Source: a virus
Lineage: Duplodnaviria; Heunggongvirae; Uroviricota; Caudoviricetes
IMG/VR virus record: IMGVR_UViG_3300037418_003103
DNA length: 64,000 nt
Direction: 5' to 3' (one strand)
Position 1 is the first letter of the stretch. Each line of letters starts with the position of its first letter. Below are positions 24,986 through 35,025 of the stretch, in pieces. The position numbers and the translations under genes were made by a program. The notes under the pieces were generated by a model. The model searched no databases. It was not told the origin of the DNA and worked only from the letters and a program-made list of their open reading frames with translations.

Positions 24986-25599
24986 TAGTCATCTATGCAT
25001 ATGGAACAGGCTTCACCTTCCTTGCAAGAGCAAGATTTGTTATTTTCCTGCGTTGGAAAATCATTAAGGACGGGAGCAGTTAATTTAATTACCTCCTCTT
25101 TCTTTCTTTTTTGTAGTTGCATTTTCCTAAATTCATCAGCGCGTTTCTCTTCTTCATAAGCTTCCATATCTTCTTCTGTTGGTATCGGCAAACTATCTAT
25201 CAGAGATATTTCCTGGATAGGTGATAAGTTACTGGTCACATCAGCCCTATCTATAACAAAATTAAGATGCTGCAGACTATCCAATGAATGCTGCATAAAG
25301 AATTGCTTTAATTCTTCTATTTTAGATTTAAGAAGATCGTTTTTAGCCTCCATCTCCAAGTTTACCTTAATAATGGATGCAACATAATTAAGTATATCAT
25401 CAATACTAAGAGTTGTATCCTCAGTAAAAATCATACTATAATTAGGTTCATCTTTTCCTTTCATTCTCTTAATTCCTACAACCTCTGGAACACTCCAAGT
25501 TTCTTTAATGATCGCGTCAACGACAGGGAGTCCTTCAATATATCTTATTCCAATAACATAAGGCCTTAGAGGCTCAAGAGTTTTTTCAATACTTATCAT
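24982..25599 (-). CDS. hypothetical protein with C-terminal Cys cluster
   Basis: CSC....CSIC. Confidence 0.7.
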   Translation of the reverse strand: MISIEKTLEPLRPYVIGIRYIEGLPVVDAIIKETWSVPEVVGIKRMKGKDEPNYSMIFTEDTTLSIDDILNYVASIIKVNLEMEAKNDLLKSKIEELKQFFMQHSLDSLQHLNFVIDRADVTSNLSPIQEISLIDSLPIPTEEDMEAYEEEKRADEFRKMQLQKRKKEEVIKLTAPVLNDFPTQENNKSCSCKEGEACSICIDDY

Positions 25600-25603
25600 T
25601 TAT

Positions 25604-25801
25604 TTAAATTTTGATTCCAGTTAAAATTGAAGTAATAATATAGGAAATTGACAATCCAAGTAATAATAATTGCTGTTTAGAAAGTAAGTATTTAGTGCTT
25701 CTCACATACGCTTGAATAAAATAATATAGACTTCTTAATGTATGAATGCTAGATAATATCAACAATATTACAAGCACTTTATTAACTATGGTTAAAATCA
25801 T
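25604..25801 (-). CDS. small membrane protein
   Basis: Two hydrophobic helices. Confidence 0.65.
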   Translation of the reverse strand: MILTIVNKVLVILLILSSIHTLRSLYYFIQAYVRSTKYLLSKQQLLLLGLSISYIITSILTGIKI

Positions 25802-25971
25802 TTTTTCTTATCTTTAAGTAATTTAATTCTTAGTCCTTGAATTATTTTTTTAAGCGTTAAAATATTTTTTCTTGCCCTTAAGCCAGCGGCCTCATTATGC
25901 TTTTCATAAAATTTGGTTACATCCGTTTGAATTGAGGACGTAAGCCTCGTTAATTCTGTTAATTCTTCCAT
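25798..25971 (-). CDS. histone H1-like (Hc1) protein, 57 aa
   Basis: D..KFYEK.NEAAGLRARK motif; ATGA coupling to next gene. Confidence 0.75.
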   Translation of the reverse strand: MEELTELTRLTSSIQTDVTKFYEKHNEAAGLRARKNILTLKKIIQGLRIKLLKDKKK

Positions 25972-25972
25972 A

Positions 25973-26170
25973 TTATTTTTCAGATACGAATGTTTTAAAA
26001 TTATGCAACATTGATTCAGACATTACTACTTCTCTTATAGTCTTTTTAATTTCTTCCATTTTTTCATTAAAAGGTAAGCTTGATCCCATTACCTGGATTA
26101 ACCTTTCTTGATTCTTTAGCACATCTAGAGAGAGTTCACTTATTATTATATTGACCATATTTTCATTCAT
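25973..26170 (-). CDS. hypothetical protein
   Basis: 65-aa ORF. Confidence 0.6.
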   Translation of the reverse strand: MNENMVNIIISELSLDVLKNQERLIQVMGSSLPFNEKMEEIKKTIREVVMSESMLHNFKTFVSEK

Positions 26171-26222
26171 ATAATGAATATAAGCTAAAATAGGATAAAA
26201 ATAAAGACTATGTAAAATTATT

Positions 26223-26687
26223 TTATTTTGACGCGGACATTAATCCATATACTTCAATCAAAGTATCAACATCAGATTTTGTTTTTGGTTCATCAAAGTC
26301 AAAAATAAACATCCACAACTTCAAAAGATTCGTATAAGTATTATTATTTTCAATTTTGTTTGGAAGTGGGTAATAAACTTCATGCATAAATTCTAAAAAA
26401 TAAGAGTATAATTTTTCACTATTAATAGTGAAACCCTCTTCTTTAAAATTACTTACATTCTTATCCCAACACCATTTAAAGTGATTTATTTGTTCCGTTG
26501 CTGATGTTACGTCGTCACCCATATATGTATCAAATATTATTAATATTAATGATTGTATAAAATCGCTGTACAGCTCGCATTTCTCTCGCGTTATATTATT
26601 AGCATCATAAAGCAATTGCATGCTCTCACTAGTTAATTTTTTATTTATATATGTCAAAAATAATAAAGTTTTATTTCCTTCTTCCAT
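26223..26687 (-). CDS. hypothetical protein
   Basis: 154 aa; TYMGDD, HF.WCW. Confidence 0.7.
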   Translation of the reverse strand: MEEGNKTLLFLTYINKKLTSESMQLLYDANNITREKCELYSDFIQSLILIIFDTYMGDDVTSATEQINHFKWCWDKNVSNFKEEGFTINSEKLYSYFLEFMHEVYYPLPNKIENNNTYTNLLKLWMFIFDFDEPKTKSDVDTLIEVYGLMSASK

Positions 26688-26785
26688 TATTTTGTTTAAC
26701 TAAAATTTAATTAAAAATATTTTTAAATAAAGTCTAGTTCATAAGAACGGCCACCACTCTTTTATATTTATTGGCGTTCTTTTTA

Positions 26786-26932
26786 TTATATTAGAGTATT
26801 TGTTATCCTATAAGCTATACCAAAATGTGAAGTGCTTAATTTGTCGTGATTTGATTTACAGTTATTGTAGAGACTTGATGAATCAGCATACAAATGCTCT
26901 GCAATTGTTTTGAATTGTATAAGCGTTATCAT
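26786..26932 (-). CDS. possible 48-aa protein
   Basis: ORF MITLIQFK... downstream of a TATTTAT motif. Confidence 0.4.
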   Translation of the reverse strand: MITLIQFKTIAEHLYADSSSLYNNCKSNHDKLSTSHFGIAYRITNTLI

Positions 26933-26968
26933 TTGGTAAGTTTATAATAATAAATAGTTATATAATTA

Positions 26969-26997
26969 AAAAAGCCCAACAAAATGTTGGACTTTTT
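26969..26997 (-). terminator. intrinsic terminator
   Basis: AAAAGTCCAACA TTT TGTTGGGCTTTTT. Confidence 0.75.
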
Positions 26998-27019
26998 AAT
27001 TATATAAATAAGATTTTTA

Positions 27020-29035
27020 TTATTTCTTAGTAATTGCTCTTGTTTTTGCAAGTGCCGCACCTGGATCAGTTTTAAGCAAGCTATTAAACTGAGGCAAAAT
27101 AGCAAAAGGCTTCTTTGTAACAGGATCAAGGACTACGAAATTATCTGTTCCGAATTTACTCTTATAGACCTTATATTGTACCTCTTGTGGTGCTGACGGC
27201 GCATCAGGTATAGGATATGGGTCTTCGTCTTCATCGTCATTTGCATCATTTGATGTTGAGGTGATAGGTTGGTCATCCAATGCATTTACATCTGGCTCAG
27301 CGTCATCATCGAAATCAGTTGAGGTGTCATCAGCCTTGTAATAGCTATCTGTTTCTACATCATTATCCACATCGTTGTCAACATCATTATCCACATCGTT
27401 GTCGAAGTCTTCATTCATGCTAACATGCTTTTTAGCTTCAGATGCTTGTGTGATGCCAGCTTCTTCCCAATTTCCACTTTTCGGAGATGATGCGGTACCA
27501 TCCTTGGTTTGCAATTTCTTACCCGCTACCGCGCCGACTTCCTTTGAAGCAAAACCAACTGAATCATCTGAGTTTTTAACAACAGGCGCTTTTGGCGCTG
27601 TACCATTCTTGGTCTGTAATTTTTTACCTGCTACTGAACCAACTTCTGGAGCCAACCCAGGTTTTGTTTTTTCCCATTCTTGTGTTGAACTAGGCTTTTG
27701 ACCATCGATATTACCTGATGGTAATTTAGACTTTTTACCTGATGTGTTTCCAATTTCAGGAGCCTGATTAATGCCTGTTTTATCCCATTGAGCCGTTTTA
27801 GCTGGTTTAACGCTTTCAATATCTTCGGATTCAGTAATTTCTTCTTCTACATCATCCGTTTCATCTTCATCTTCTGTTAATAATTTCTTAGATTTACTCC
27901 AAATGTCTGAAAATATTTTATTTTCATCTATTCTATTAGAACCTTTAACAGATCCAAGAGTGTCTTCAGACTTATAATTAAATAAATCTTTCATACGCTG
28001 CATATCTTCATTTACAAGATTTTTATCTGATGCTATAAGAACAATCGCTCTACCCTCATTTACACTACCTTCCCATCTAATTTTATAGCTTTCATTACCG
28101 TCAGTCATTTCGAAAACTTTCTTATCAGTTTTATATGACTCTGGAATCAATTTTAATGCGTTTCCAACGCCATTAAAGTCTTTTTTAAATTTCAGTCTTT
28201 TCATTGTATCTTTTATTGATTTTTTATTATTTGTTTTATTTTCAGCAATGTTTATAGGTTCTTCTTTAGCTACACCTCTACCCCATGATGATGTGTCATC
28301 AGGATTAATACCTTGTTTCTCTAATGATTTTCTTGTTACTATTTTGATTTGACTCATTGGAATACCTAAATCCATGTCCTTTAAGTCCATCTTAGAATAA
28401 TATTTAATTTCATCATTATCAACACCAGCATAATCCCAGCCAGTTAAAATCTTACCAGTTTGTTTATCAATAGCAAAGTGTGTATTGATTGGGTCCTTTT
28501 CCCTCCTACCTTCATTAACTTTATTTTTTCCAAGAGGCATAATTTTATCTCCTAACTCAAAAGTTGGAACAAAGGCTTTTTTTCTTTTTTTCTTAGACGA
28601 TTCAACTCTCTTATTTAATTTCTTACCAAAATCGTCATCAGATGCACCCCATGTAGACTCAGTGTTTCCTCCCTGAGCGTTACCCAACTTTGAATCTCCT
28701 TCTATTGATTTCTTAAATCTATCAGTAAATTCTTTTCCTGCTTCACCATCATACTCAAGCATTTCCATGCCATTTAATGTTTCCATCTCAGAATGATAAT
28801 CCTCATCCTTCTTGTCTACGTAATTAAATTTATTGGTTGCCATTTTTGCCTTATCCTTATCTTCTTTTTTAAGGTCTTTGTCATAGGCTTCCATATCCTT
28901 CGCAGTAGCTTTATTAGCAGCTTTATTAATCTTACCATCTTCTTTATGAATCTTAGAAGTAACGCTAACACCAGGTGTTGCCGCCTCATTTAAGAATCTT
29001 GTAGCTAAATGTTTTTTGATTATGCTTTTATCCAT
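27020..29035 (-). CDS. large low-complexity late protein (putative internal head/scaffold)
   Basis: 671 aa; many xxE sites, acidic tract, internal repeats. Confidence 0.7.
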   Translation of the reverse strand: MDKSIIKKHLATRFLNEAATPGVSVTSKIHKEDGKINKAANKATAKDMEAYDKDLKKEDKDKAKMATNKFNYVDKKDEDYHSEMETLNGMEMLEYDGEAGKEFTDRFKKSIEGDSKLGNAQGGNTESTWGASDDDFGKKLNKRVESSKKKRKKAFVPTFELGDKIMPLGKNKVNEGRREKDPINTHFAIDKQTGKILTGWDYAGVDNDEIKYYSKMDLKDMDLGIPMSQIKIVTRKSLEKQGINPDDTSSWGRGVAKEEPINIAENKTNNKKSIKDTMKRLKFKKDFNGVGNALKLIPESYKTDKKVFEMTDGNESYKIRWEGSVNEGRAIVLIASDKNLVNEDMQRMKDLFNYKSEDTLGSVKGSNRIDENKIFSDIWSKSKKLLTEDEDETDDVEEEITESEDIESVKPAKTAQWDKTGINQAPEIGNTSGKKSKLPSGNIDGQKPSSTQEWEKTKPGLAPEVGSVAGKKLQTKNGTAPKAPVVKNSDDSVGFASKEVGAVAGKKLQTKDGTASSPKSGNWEEAGITQASEAKKHVSMNEDFDNDVDNDVDNDVDNDVETDSYYKADDTSTDFDDDAEPDVNALDDQPITSTSNDANDDEDEDPYPIPDAPSAPQEVQYKVYKSKFGTDNFVVLDPVTKKPFAILPQFNSLLKTDPGAALAKTRAITKK
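27357..27404. repeat. 4 x 12-bp coding tandem repeat (DNDV)
   Basis: acatcattatcc and acatcgttgtcr alternate. Confidence 0.85.
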
Positions 29036-29080
29036 TTTATTGTATATGTAAATAAATATCTAACTTTTTATTAAAATCAG

Positions 29081-31588
29081 TTATTCTTTAGAAATAACCG
29101 AGCCTGAACCTTTTTTAGTTTTAACAACCCCATCTACAGCTCCGCCGCTACACTTTCCATTCTGTGCCTCTTTATTGTTATTCAATTTTGTGCAATTATC
29201 TATTTCAACAAAGCTTCCTTTAGGATACTGAGTCTTAACCTGGGCTTGTGTTTTTCTAATCTTTTTAAACTTGCCTTCTCTTCCAATTCCTGGAAGTGCA
29301 TTTGCATCGTATGGTCCGCTTGAGCCACCATTAGCGGCTGAACCAGCAACAGGACCTTCTTTAAGTATGCTGCCTAATTCATCTTCGGGATAGAGGCTTT
29401 TTTTAATTACGCTAGTACTAGACATTGGTGCAGTAAACGGTCCACTTGAACCACCTGTTGACGCACCACCTGCAACAGTAGTTTCGTTCACACCTCCAAA
29501 ATACTCGGATAAAATTCGAACAATTTCCTTTGACTTATCATAAAGATTGATCAGCTCATTCTTTAAAGCCTCATCAATTTTTACAATTGGATCTCCTTCA
29601 TTAAATGATTTTATACCCTCTCCAACAGGAAGAAATTCGATCCTATCATTAATGTAATTCTGCAATACAAAACCGTCTATTTTAAAATCAGAATAAATGT
29701 CATCACTATGCTCATATCTATTTGCATAATCCTCAAAATCAGCATGAGATAAATCAGCATAATCAAACACGTATAACTGATTTGATTTATCCTTGACTAA
29801 AGCTATATCACCATTAAACACTATAACTTTAAAAACTATATTTTTTGGTATCTTAGCAGCTATTTCTGGATACTCTTGTGCATTCCATGGTGATGACTGA
29901 TCATTTTCTGTCCCAGGCGGATAATTGCTTTCATATTCTTCTATTTCTTGCTTTGGATGGCTCATTAAAACTTGTCCGTTCGGATCTTTAAATCTATTGC
30001 CACTCTTAGGTTCCTGCATGAATTTAACGACGCTATCTTCAACCGCCTTAACGGCCTCTTCTGGTTTTTTAAAAAATTTGCCTTTTAACTTGGTGGCCAA
30101 TTTATAAGCTCCTGCAGGAAGTGCAATGAGTAATCCCATGCCTGTCAAAAATTGTGATAAATCGCCCCATGTAATACCATTTCTTCTCCAGAAACTATCC
30201 AGTCCAGCCTGTGAAGGATTGTTATATATATCATGTATCAATTTCAAAACTGCCTGATGTAATTCAGGGCTAAATATATCCTCATTCAATTTAGACTTTA
30301 CTGATTCTTTAATAGGCATGATAAGCCTATTGTACTGTTCTACAGTGATTCTATATTTTTTATTAAGCTTCATTTCCTTCAGTAATTTTGCTTGATGTTC
30401 ATTTATTTTTATCTTTCTCATAGCGCCTTTTTTATTTTTTGCATTATTTCCTTTAGACTCTCTTACCTTAGTCAAAGCATAATCCTTATCTACATTATCG
30501 CTCCCGCCTAGTTTAGCAATATTCCGCATTTTATTGCCACTAATTATTATATTTTCGTGAATTGATTCTTGGCTGTTATTTTTAGATGAACTAATTTGTT
30601 TTATTTGACTTGAATCGAACACAATGAATTCTTTTTCATTGTTGCCCATATCTGAAATGATACCATCATATCCTTCGTTGCTAAGTATTTTATGTGCTTC
30701 ATCTGAATTAAGGCCGTCTCTTAAGTCATATAGCTCCCCAAGGCCAATCTCATCATTAATAAATTCTAAAGCGTCTTCATCCTTCATCGTTTGGCCAAAT
30801 AATATCTGAACTATAACGCCAGCTTGCTCTTTCTTAGTAAAAATAGATCTAAGTCTTAGATCAATAGGTTTTCTCATTAAGATATATGCCGCAATAACAC
30901 GACCGCCAAATTGATCAGTATTTTCTTTTTTATCTGAAAAGAAAATACCATGGATAGTATTATCATATCCTGTATTACTACCTTTTTTATTTAAATCAAA
31001 ATCATTGAATTCAGCATTTGTTGCGTGATAAACTATAATCGGATTTCCTTTACTATCTACTATTTTATTTCCGTCTGCTGCAGTGAATCCTTTAACGACG
31101 CTTTTTGTCTGCTCACCATGCATGGATTCTGATTTAATCGATTGGCTATTCTTACTCACTAACTTAACTTGTGATGGTTCAAAAATAACAGTCTGAAATG
31201 CAGGATATTTAGCCATTACTGAGTCAAAACCTTGTTCTTTCAAAAATTTAATGTCCTCAGCATTAATATGCTCTACTTCGATTTTTTTACCAGTATATGG
31301 ATTGGTTACATCGCTTACATATGTTCTATTGTCTATTATAAATGGCTTTCTAATATCAAGATATGCTTGGTACTTATTCTTACCATATTGCATCTGTGGA
31401 GGCGCTTCATGAAAATATATACCGCGATTAGTTAGTGAATGCTTTCTTGTGTATCCTTCACTATCTTGTCCTTTCATCTCTGAAAAATCTCCATCGGATG
31501 AATGATAAAAAATCTTTGGCCTTCCATCAAGTTTCAACATAGGTCTAAACCCATTATGTTCTATCTCTTTAAGCTGCTTTTGTACCAT
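29081..31588 (-). CDS. large protein with two ART-PolyVal-like ADP-ribosyltransferase domains
   Basis: Twice YH(S/A)..., GI(Y/F)F, Y(L/I)...KP, G(F/Y)D(S/G), (I/V)F..SQ(V/I)K. Confidence 0.65.
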   Translation of the reverse strand: MVQKQLKEIEHNGFRPMLKLDGRPKIFYHSSDGDFSEMKGQDSEGYTRKHSLTNRGIYFHEAPPQMQYGKNKYQAYLDIRKPFIIDNRTYVSDVTNPYTGKKIEVEHINAEDIKFLKEQGFDSVMAKYPAFQTVIFEPSQVKLVSKNSQSIKSESMHGEQTKSVVKGFTAADGNKIVDSKGNPIIVYHATNAEFNDFDLNKKGSNTGYDNTIHGIFFSDKKENTDQFGGRVIAAYILMRKPIDLRLRSIFTKKEQAGVIVQILFGQTMKDEDALEFINDEIGLGELYDLRDGLNSDEAHKILSNEGYDGIISDMGNNEKEFIVFDSSQIKQISSSKNNSQESIHENIIISGNKMRNIAKLGGSDNVDKDYALTKVRESKGNNAKNKKGAMRKIKINEHQAKLLKEMKLNKKYRITVEQYNRLIMPIKESVKSKLNEDIFSPELHQAVLKLIHDIYNNPSQAGLDSFWRRNGITWGDLSQFLTGMGLLIALPAGAYKLATKLKGKFFKKPEEAVKAVEDSVVKFMQEPKSGNRFKDPNGQVLMSHPKQEIEEYESNYPPGTENDQSSPWNAQEYPEIAAKIPKNIVFKVIVFNGDIALVKDKSNQLYVFDYADLSHADFEDYANRYEHSDDIYSDFKIDGFVLQNYINDRIEFLPVGEGIKSFNEGDPIVKIDEALKNELINLYDKSKEIVRILSEYFGGVNETTVAGGASTGGSSGPFTAPMSSTSVIKKSLYPEDELGSILKEGPVAGSAANGGSSGPYDANALPGIGREGKFKKIRKTQAQVKTQYPKGSFVEIDNCTKLNNNKEAQNGKCSGGAVDGVVKTKKGSGSVISKE

Positions 31589-31592
31589 AGAA

Positions 31593-31829
31593 CTAACTGC
31601 TTTTGTTTTTTAACCCATTACGCCACGTGTTTCTGTTAGTCCATAAACTTTTAAATAATTGAGTGATTACATTTTTACTGATCTCAACAACCTTGTCTTC
31701 AAACTCAGGATCATCCTTAATTCTATCCTTAACAATCCTGTTTATCTTCTCTTTAAATTCGGTTGCATTGATGTAATTTTTTATCTCCTTGTCCACATCA
31801 GCCTTGGTTATTTCTTCGTTTATTTTCAC
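31593..31829 (-). CDS. hypothetical late protein
   Basis: 78-aa ORF, GTG start. Confidence 0.65.
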   Translation of the reverse strand: MKINEEITKADVDKEIKNYINATEFKEKINRIVKDRIKDDPEFEDKVVEISKNVITQLFKSLWTNRNTWRNGLKNKSS

Positions 31830-31986
31830 TGTAGTAATTTAAGTTTATTATAAATATTATATCTTTAAGTAAACTTAATTTTTATGTATAAATAATTTTA
31901 CCCACCTCTGGTTTTAAACAGGGTGTTAATAATCATTTGGCTCAATGATTAATACATTTTTATTTTCGATGGTGATTACCATAAAA

Positions 31987-32442
31987 TTATTTTAGTATTA
32001 TTGCAGCTATAGGGACAATGATTGCTCCAGCGAAGCCAAGCACCTTTAAAAACTTCTGCTTGTGTATTTCCTTCGTCTGGGTTTTAATTGTATTATTAAG
32101 TAGGCCCACCTCGGTATTCTTATTGTCAATAACAGATAAAAGAATCTTTTTCTGACTCTCCTGGTTAACACTCTTAGCAGTAAGATCATTGATTTGGGTC
32201 TTCTGTTGGGTTACGAGGTCAATATAATTTTTCTCATTTATTTCATATTTGACGATGAGGCTATCGTCTATTCTTTTATTCAGCAGATCGGTAAGCACTT
32301 CTCTGGCATCCTCTATATTCATAAGGAGTAGGGTATCATCTGACGGACTTACCATTATCATGGTCTGATTCTTGTAAATACTTTGTGAATTCCCTTGAAA
32401 CGCTATCAGCACTAAGAGAAAAAATATAAGAATGTGTTTCAT
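31987..32442 (-). CDS. secreted coiled-coil protein with C-terminal TM (spanin-like)
   Basis: Signal peptide MKHILIFFLLVLIAFQGNSQ; overlaps upstream gene. Confidence 0.5.
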   Translation of the reverse strand: MKHILIFFLLVLIAFQGNSQSIYKNQTMIMVSPSDDTLLLMNIEDAREVLTDLLNKRIDDSLIVKYEINEKNYIDLVTQQKTQINDLTAKSVNQESQKKILLSVIDNKNTEVGLLNNTIKTQTKEIHKQKFLKVLGFAGAIIVPIAAIILK

Positions 32443-32740
32443 TTTTTTTGTTTTTAAGTTTATTAATTTCATCTTTAGCCAATTCTATCTCAACTTCTTT
32501 TAAATAAATAATCTTGGCCGTAGCGCTTAAGGTATTAGTTAGACTATCGTTTACACCAGAAAGACTATCGTACTGATTTTTCAACCTTACATTGTCTTTA
32601 TGAAGAACAGTAATTTCATCTTTGTGCTTATCAACAGGTTTTACCTTTTTAAAGACAATAAAAAAAACAAGAATACCTGCAAGGACAATTATAATGTTTG
32701 TTTTAAGGTCAAAATAATGCGTTATTTTATTTATGTTCAT
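32336..32740 (-). CDS. N-terminal TM coiled-coil protein (i-spanin-like)
   Basis: TM + coiled coil; Rz/Rz1-like overlap. Confidence 0.5.
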   Translation of the reverse strand: MNINKITHYFDLKTNIIIVLAGILVFFIVFKKVKPVDKHKDEITVLHKDNVRLKNQYDSLSGVNDSLTNTLSATAKIIYLKEVEIELAKDEINKLKNKKNETHSYIFSLSADSVSREFTKYLQESDHDNGKSVR

Positions 32741-32743
32741 AAT

Positions 32744-33169
32744 TTAATTGTTTCCTTTAAAATCAGTAACTAATTTTTGAGCCCATTCTCTTACCCAATT
32801 TTCATAATATCCGCTCAATTTCCTAAACGTCTCTATAAGCTCAGCATCCAAGTATATTCTAATACCCATTTGATTATCATCGGTAATAGAGATACTCAAT
32901 TTCATCGCCTTTAAAGACATAAAGAAATTGACACCAGAATCCAACTTACCATTAAATTGAACCTCCCTATCTTTTGGATAAATCTTAAATTTAGTGATTT
33001 GAACGCGAGGGTCAACCGTATCCATTATTTTTTTTACTTCTTCTCTATATACAGAATCATTTGGTGAAGGTGATATTTCGTCACTTGATTCAGACAAAAC
33101 AAGACGTGATTCTCGCATAACATTCATCATTTTTTTAGTCATGTCATGCTCGTTAATTAAATCATTCAT
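32744..33169 (-). CDS. hypothetical protein
   Basis: 141-aa ORF. Confidence 0.7.
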   Translation of the reverse strand: MNDLINEHDMTKKMMNVMRESRLVLSESSDEISPSPNDSVYREEVKKIMDTVDPRVQITKFKIYPKDREVQFNGKLDSGVNFFMSLKAMKLSISITDDNQMGIRIYLDAELIETFRKLSGYYENWVREWAQKLVTDFKGNN

Positions 33170-33792
33170 ATTTTATTATTTGTGCTTTCAATCTTATCTT
33201 TAAAGTAATCAAAGTCCCATGCTGGACTAACATCTGTGTATGCCAAACTATAATTACTTTTATATAGAATACCGTAAGTGGAACTAAAATTATCTATTTT
33301 TGTATTATAGCTAATAACTTGTTTCTCAATGTTAAAGTCACTACAAAGTTGTTTACACAACTCAACACAAACATCTTTTTGCTTGATCGTGTATGGCACC
33401 CAGTAAGTATGACCTCTCCATCTCTTTAATACTATATTCTGTTTTCTATTATAAATATTACCAAACCAGGTATAAAAATTTTTTTTATCTTCATCCTGTG
33501 TCAAATAACCTTCATTTTCAAGTAAAATAAGTATTATCTGCTTATCAACGTCATAATTACCCATCATATTTGATGAAAATTCAGGCTGGAAGTGCTGGAA
33601 AATATTTCCTTTAAGATCAATAGTATATGCGGCAGTTTTTTTATAATTACCGTTATACCTCTTAATCCACCCTATATAATGCTTCATATCAGTATTACAG
33701 GTGTTTCCAATTACTATTTGATTCTTCTTATTACTGATTGGTATAAAATTATTTATAGGTAATTTGAAAGTTGAATTATCTATTAACATCAC
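33166..33792 (-). CDS. N-acetylmuramoyl-L-alanine amidase-like protein, degenerate active site
   Basis: QIVIGNT, AAYTIDLKG.I.Q, LENEG, YT..Q, TDVSP. Confidence 0.65.
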   Translation of the reverse strand: MMLIDNSTFKLPINNFIPISNKKNQIVIGNTCNTDMKHYIGWIKRYNGNYKKTAAYTIDLKGNIFQHFQPEFSSNMMGNYDVDKQIILILLENEGYLTQDEDKKNFYTWFGNIYNRKQNIVLKRWRGHTYWVPYTIKQKDVCVELCKQLCSDFNIEKQVISYNTKIDNFSSTYGILYKSNYSLAYTDVSPAWDFDYFKDKIESTNNKI

Positions 33793-34996
33793 TTTTTAAT
33801 CTTTCAATTGCGTTGTTATGCTTAGAATGAGGGGTTGGAATTGGTATGGAAAATCCTCTATTAGCTTTTTTCTCTTTTATACTTTCAAGGTCTATTCTAC
33901 CATTAGGAACTACAGGTTCATATGGAATATACTTAGTTAATTGTTCACCTGGTTCATCGATAGGTTCATCATTATTTACAATAATTTTATCATCTGATTC
34001 AAATTTGGAATCTTCAACCAATTCTGGTTTAAGCTCATTAAGGACTGGCTCCTGATCATACTTGTAATCAGGTTCATTTAAAATATTCGTGTCTACTTCC
34101 TGTGGAGTAACTTCAAGTAAGGTGTTGTCTTGAGGTTCATTTTCTTTAACTGGCGCAGGCGTCTCTGTATTTGTCTTCTCATATCTTGGCAAGGAATTCT
34201 TTTCTTCACTGTCTATTTGCATTATTTTATTAGTGGCTACAACCAAAGCAACAGCTAATGGATCAAAAACAAATATTAGTAACAGTATAAATATATTAAC
34301 AATCTTATCCATTGGATATCCAGTCAACGCTGATAAATACTTCAAAGGTCCAATATCGCTGGCTACTTCACTTCCTGATTGAGAAGTAATCATTTCTGTT
34401 TTATATTTATTCACTGAATCAGATAGAGAACTATTAATGATATTTAACTTATCAATATCATCATTTAATTTGGTTATTTCTGCAGATGCGCTGGATATAT
34501 CATTACGAATACTTCTTTTATTATAATTTTGTGTAGCCTCTGTAAGCCTATTTTCCTGCGTAAGCCTAACGGTGTTTAACAATTCTATGCGTTTATTTTT
34601 AGATGCAATAATGACTTGATTATCCTTTATTCTTGCATCAAATGAATTTGATTTATTTTTTAAGATATTAACCCTACCGTCGAGTATCTCCATCTTATTA
34701 GATGTTTGTTGATAAGCGTTGGATAGAAAACCATAAATTCCTGCCGATGTTATGCAAACCAAAACAATAACACATATCGCCATGTAAGTTTTTAGGCTTT
34801 TACTAACTTTATTCCAGTAACGTTGTAAAAAACTAACAGCTATAATCTTACTAAATTCCAAACAAGAGGCCATTAATATTACAGCTATGCTTGCGCCAGC
34901 AAATAGATGTGATAAGCCGAAAACTGAGTAATAAGCTGCACAACTTGCAATTAAAAAAGCCGATAATCCTGTTAAAAAACTAAATCTAAATTTCAT
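33776..34996 (-). CDS. membrane-anchored coiled-coil protein
   Basis: N-terminal TMs, coiled coil, IGPLKY, FVFDPLA. Confidence 0.75.
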   Translation of the reverse strand: MKFRFSFLTGLSAFLIASCAAYYSVFGLSHLFAGASIAVILMASCLEFSKIIAVSFLQRYWNKVSKSLKTYMAICVIVLVCITSAGIYGFLSNAYQQTSNKMEILDGRVNILKNKSNSFDARIKDNQVIIASKNKRIELLNTVRLTQENRLTEATQNYNKRSIRNDISSASAEITKLNDDIDKLNIINSSLSDSVNKYKTEMITSQSGSEVASDIGPLKYLSALTGYPMDKIVNIFILLLIFVFDPLAVALVVATNKIMQIDSEEKNSLPRYEKTNTETPAPVKENEPQDNTLLEVTPQEVDTNILNEPDYKYDQEPVLNELKPELVEDSKFESDDKIIVNNDEPIDEPGEQLTKYIPYEPVVPNGRIDLESIKEKKANRGFSIPIPTPHSKHNNAIERLKSDVNR

Positions 34997-35025
34997 ATAG
35001 ATAAATATCAAATTTAACTAAAATA

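Noticed and set aside
27357-27404. CRISPR-like array
   Set aside because: In-frame 12-bp tandem coding repeat with no spacers; no CRISPR array or cas genes in the window.
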